A stretch of DNA of 48,040 bases from a virus (taxonomy: Duplodnaviria; Caudoviricetes). Shown here one piece after another: positions 46,140-48,040 of the stretch. The DNA is taken from positions 1 through 48,040 of the IMG/VR virus record IMGVR_UViG_3300025267_000020; one strand, 5' to 3'. How positions within the stretch are numbered: position 1 is the first letter of the stretch; every line of letters starts with the position of its first letter. The position numbers and the translations under genes were made by a program. A model generated the notes under the pieces. That model saw only the letters and a program-made list of their open reading frames with translations. It was not told the origin of the DNA and did not search any database.

Positions 46140-46534
46140 GATAGATCCTTGATGATGCTTGCGTTTAAAACGTAAACTGGACGCCTATTGTCATCGACCT
46201 TGAGCAAGAATGGTGGAGAAGGATTTACCGACTCATAAAACACACTTGATAACGACTCAGCATCAACCCGCCCCAACGCATCATGCGCGGCTTGAGCATT
46301 TGCCCTTGCCGTATCAAAGCTCACAGCCCGTGATAAAAATTGCATCTGCGGAAACTCACGACCGATCCCAGGAGAACCAAATTCTTTTTCTGATGATCGT
46401 CCACCAGTCATCACCACTGCCATTGCTGTATCCGGTGACGTTTCCGGCAACGCATCCTCAAACAGATCCGTGCCAATCGCAGTCGCGACACCAGCAGAAA
46501 CAAGATACGCAGTCACCTCAGCAATTGTCGCCAT
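46136..46534 (-). CDS. tail terminator-type neck protein, allele B
   Basis: Homologue of 4129..4527. Confidence 0.7.
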   Translation of the reverse strand: MATIAEVTAYLVSAGVATAIGTDLFEDALPETSPDTAMAVVMTGGRSSEKEFGSPGIGREFPQMQFLSRAVSFDTARANAQAAHDALGRVDAESLSSVFYESVNPSPPFLLKVDDNRRPVYVLNASIIKDLS

Positions 46535-46896
46535 TATGAAAAATACAATACCGATACATATGGCACATCGGCAGAATCAACCATCGAATCACACCGCACC
46601 AACGGACGCACCACCGATCCCGGTAACGTTATCTTATCCTGTGGATCAAACACAGTTTTCCCCAACACCACTAATTGTGTTGTGGATGTTCGCTCATTCC
46701 CGCTATCATCCAACACCCTCGCAGGAACATCGTGCAATAATCCAGTCATCGTTACCGCAGATCCATGCACTGAACGCCCATTTTTATCCAAGCTCGCCGA
46801 AGTTGGTTCGCGAGTAAACGTTACTTGCATCCCGCCATTATTCGTAACATCATGCGCGACCTTTACCCCCGCATGAATGGCGTTCGCAATGCTCAT
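46534..46896 (-). CDS. head closure protein, allele B
   Basis: Homologue of 4527..4889. Confidence 0.65.
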   Translation of the reverse strand: MSIANAIHAGVKVAHDVTNNGGMQVTFTREPTSASLDKNGRSVHGSAVTMTGLLHDVPARVLDDSGNERTSTTQLVVLGKTVFDPQDKITLPGSVVRPLVRCDSMVDSADVPYVSVLYFS

Positions 46897-47420
46897 GTTC
46901 TCACCAATTCCGCCGTGGTATTCATTCGACTCCGCACCGAATCAAACCAACTTGGTGCCAATAAAAAAAACACCGCATCAGGAATGACTTTCGGTTTACC
47001 ACGACCAGAAAACGAAAGATCAACCGGTCCAGCCTTCAACCCAACAATACCCTTTGTTGATACCGCATCATCCGCCATGCGATCCTCTGCGAGTACCTGT
47101 CGCGCAAACTCCGCCGTCGCATCACGCAATCCATCAGGAATTGCATCAGAATCTAACCCGTATCCGTTACGATCCCACATCCCCGTTCTAGGCCAAGTCA
47201 GCCGCTGGACCGAATCAGACGCCGCGCCAGTCCAATCCACATGCTCATCTAGTAATCGCGTAGCCATTAGCAACGCTTGATCTTTTTGATCATTCGATGC
47301 ACTAGACCACGTTGTACCAGACTGCGGATTGTCATCATCGTACTGGTTCGCATCAGACCGCGTACAATACGTATTCGCATTTGATGCACCAGCCGTAGAA
47401 ACCAACGTGGAAACCGCCAT
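46893..47420 (-). CDS. head-tail adaptor, allele B
   Basis: Homologue of 4886..5413. Confidence 0.75.
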   Translation of the reverse strand: MAVSTLVSTAGASNANTYCTRSDANQYDDDNPQSGTTWSSASNDQKDQALLMATRLLDEHVDWTGAASDSVQRLTWPRTGMWDRNGYGLDSDAIPDGLRDATAEFARQVLAEDRMADDAVSTKGIVGLKAGPVDLSFSGRGKPKVIPDAVFFLLAPSWFDSVRSRMNTTAELVRT

Positions 47421-47569
47421 TACCCGCCAGCCTTCACACGTACAGATTTCCGCACAGATGCCTTTTTCGATCCTGGTTTTTGATGCTGTGTTGCATCAAA
47501 ATCAGACACGTTGATCACTAGTTGATTCCCGGCTTTATCCACCACAACCATCGTTTCAAGTTGCGCCAT
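47420..47569 (-). CDS. 49-aa protein downstream of capsid gene, allele B
   Basis: MAQLETMVVVDKAGNQLVINVSDFD...; homologue of 5413..5571. Confidence 0.7.
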   Translation of the reverse strand: MAQLETMVVVDKAGNQLVINVSDFDATQHQKPGSKKASVRKSVRVKAGG

Positions 47570-47659
47570 GCTTGCCCCTTAGAGACACGAGCAAGACTGT
47601 GATCAACCCTCTCCCAAAAAGCCAATCACAGCCTCACTCACTTGCTACCGCTGAGACAA

Positions 47660-48040
47660 TTAGCCAGCAATCCGCGCAGCCAATTCACGCCTCACGAGTT
47701 GCGCCCCATACAAGATATCGAAACTGTATCGAGTTTGCTTGTGTTGGCGCGTCACTTCCAAACGCAGCGTCAACCCGCTATCAGGATCAAATGCAGATTC
47801 TACAATCGTCCCCAATCGCCGGTCCTCATCCGTTGCCGCTAGTGGTCGTGTGGCAAATGCAAACGCATCCCGGTGAAATGCAAGATTCACCACATGGGTG
47901 GCCTTGAACGTCACCGCTGCATTATCCGCCCAGGCAACTTTTGCCGTTGGGTACATCGTGATTACGGTTGCCGTGGAGCTTGCAACCGTATACGTTTGCG
48001 TGTCGCCTGCAACGGTGAACACATCACCAGCCGCTGGCGC
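47660..48040 (-). CDS. major capsid protein 3' part, allele B (truncated by window end)
   Basis: Matches the C-terminal third of 5657..6772 with 3 amino-acid changes. Confidence 0.9.
   Translation of the reverse strand, partial: APAAGDVFTVAGDTQTYTVASSTATVITMYPTAKVAWADNAAVTFKATHVVNLAFHRDAFAFATRPLAATDEDRRLGTIVESAFDPDSGLTLRLEVTRQHKQTRYSFDILYGAQLVRRELAARIAG
47916..48040. repeat. 125-bp exact repeat of 5913..6037
   Basis: Direct comparison; suggests a ~42,003-bp circular or unit length. Confidence 0.95.

Noticed and set aside
1-48040. Stop-codon reassignment
   Set aside because: Core genes are full-length in the standard code; TAA, TGA and TAG all appear as normal ends.
1-48040. Apparent abundance of GATC sites linked to the adenine methylase
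   Set aside because: Impression only; cannot be quantified here, and the methylase specificity is unknown.

Overview
The window is a tailed-phage (siphovirus-like) genome with every credible gene on the minus strand. The unit length appears to be about 42.0 kb: the last 125 nt (47916-48040) are identical to 5913-6037 inside the major capsid gene. Positions 1-5912 hold a second, divergent, more GC-rich allele of the capsid-3'/neck/tail-tube/chaperone/tape-measure module also found at ~42000-47915. This is most likely an assembly bubble between two related phages, or possibly a true recombinant terminal redundancy. Modules: packaging (TerS, TerL, portal, MuF minor head protein fused to an ADP-ribosyltransferase), head, neck and tail, lysis (GH108 endolysin, holin-like), a Dam-type methylase, replication and recombination (initiator, DnaC-like loader, RecT-like, PD-(D/E)XK nuclease, SSB, resolvase, HNH, SNase), and a small-gene early region. 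No integrase, tRNA or CRISPR array was seen. The standout finding is an unannotated 23-aa PqqA-like precursor peptide (MWTKP...ExxxY) with its own RBS and a 3' hairpin. It is conserved in both tail-module alleles, and no other pqq gene is present. Other notable features are a Ycf46-like AAA+ ATPase with Walker B placed before Walker A (in a DUF1257/DUF2997-like operon), about 10 repeated terminator-promoter-leader cassettes, and a 38-nt insertion copied from elsewhere in the genome that breaks a gene. Family assignments come from motif recognition, not database searches.
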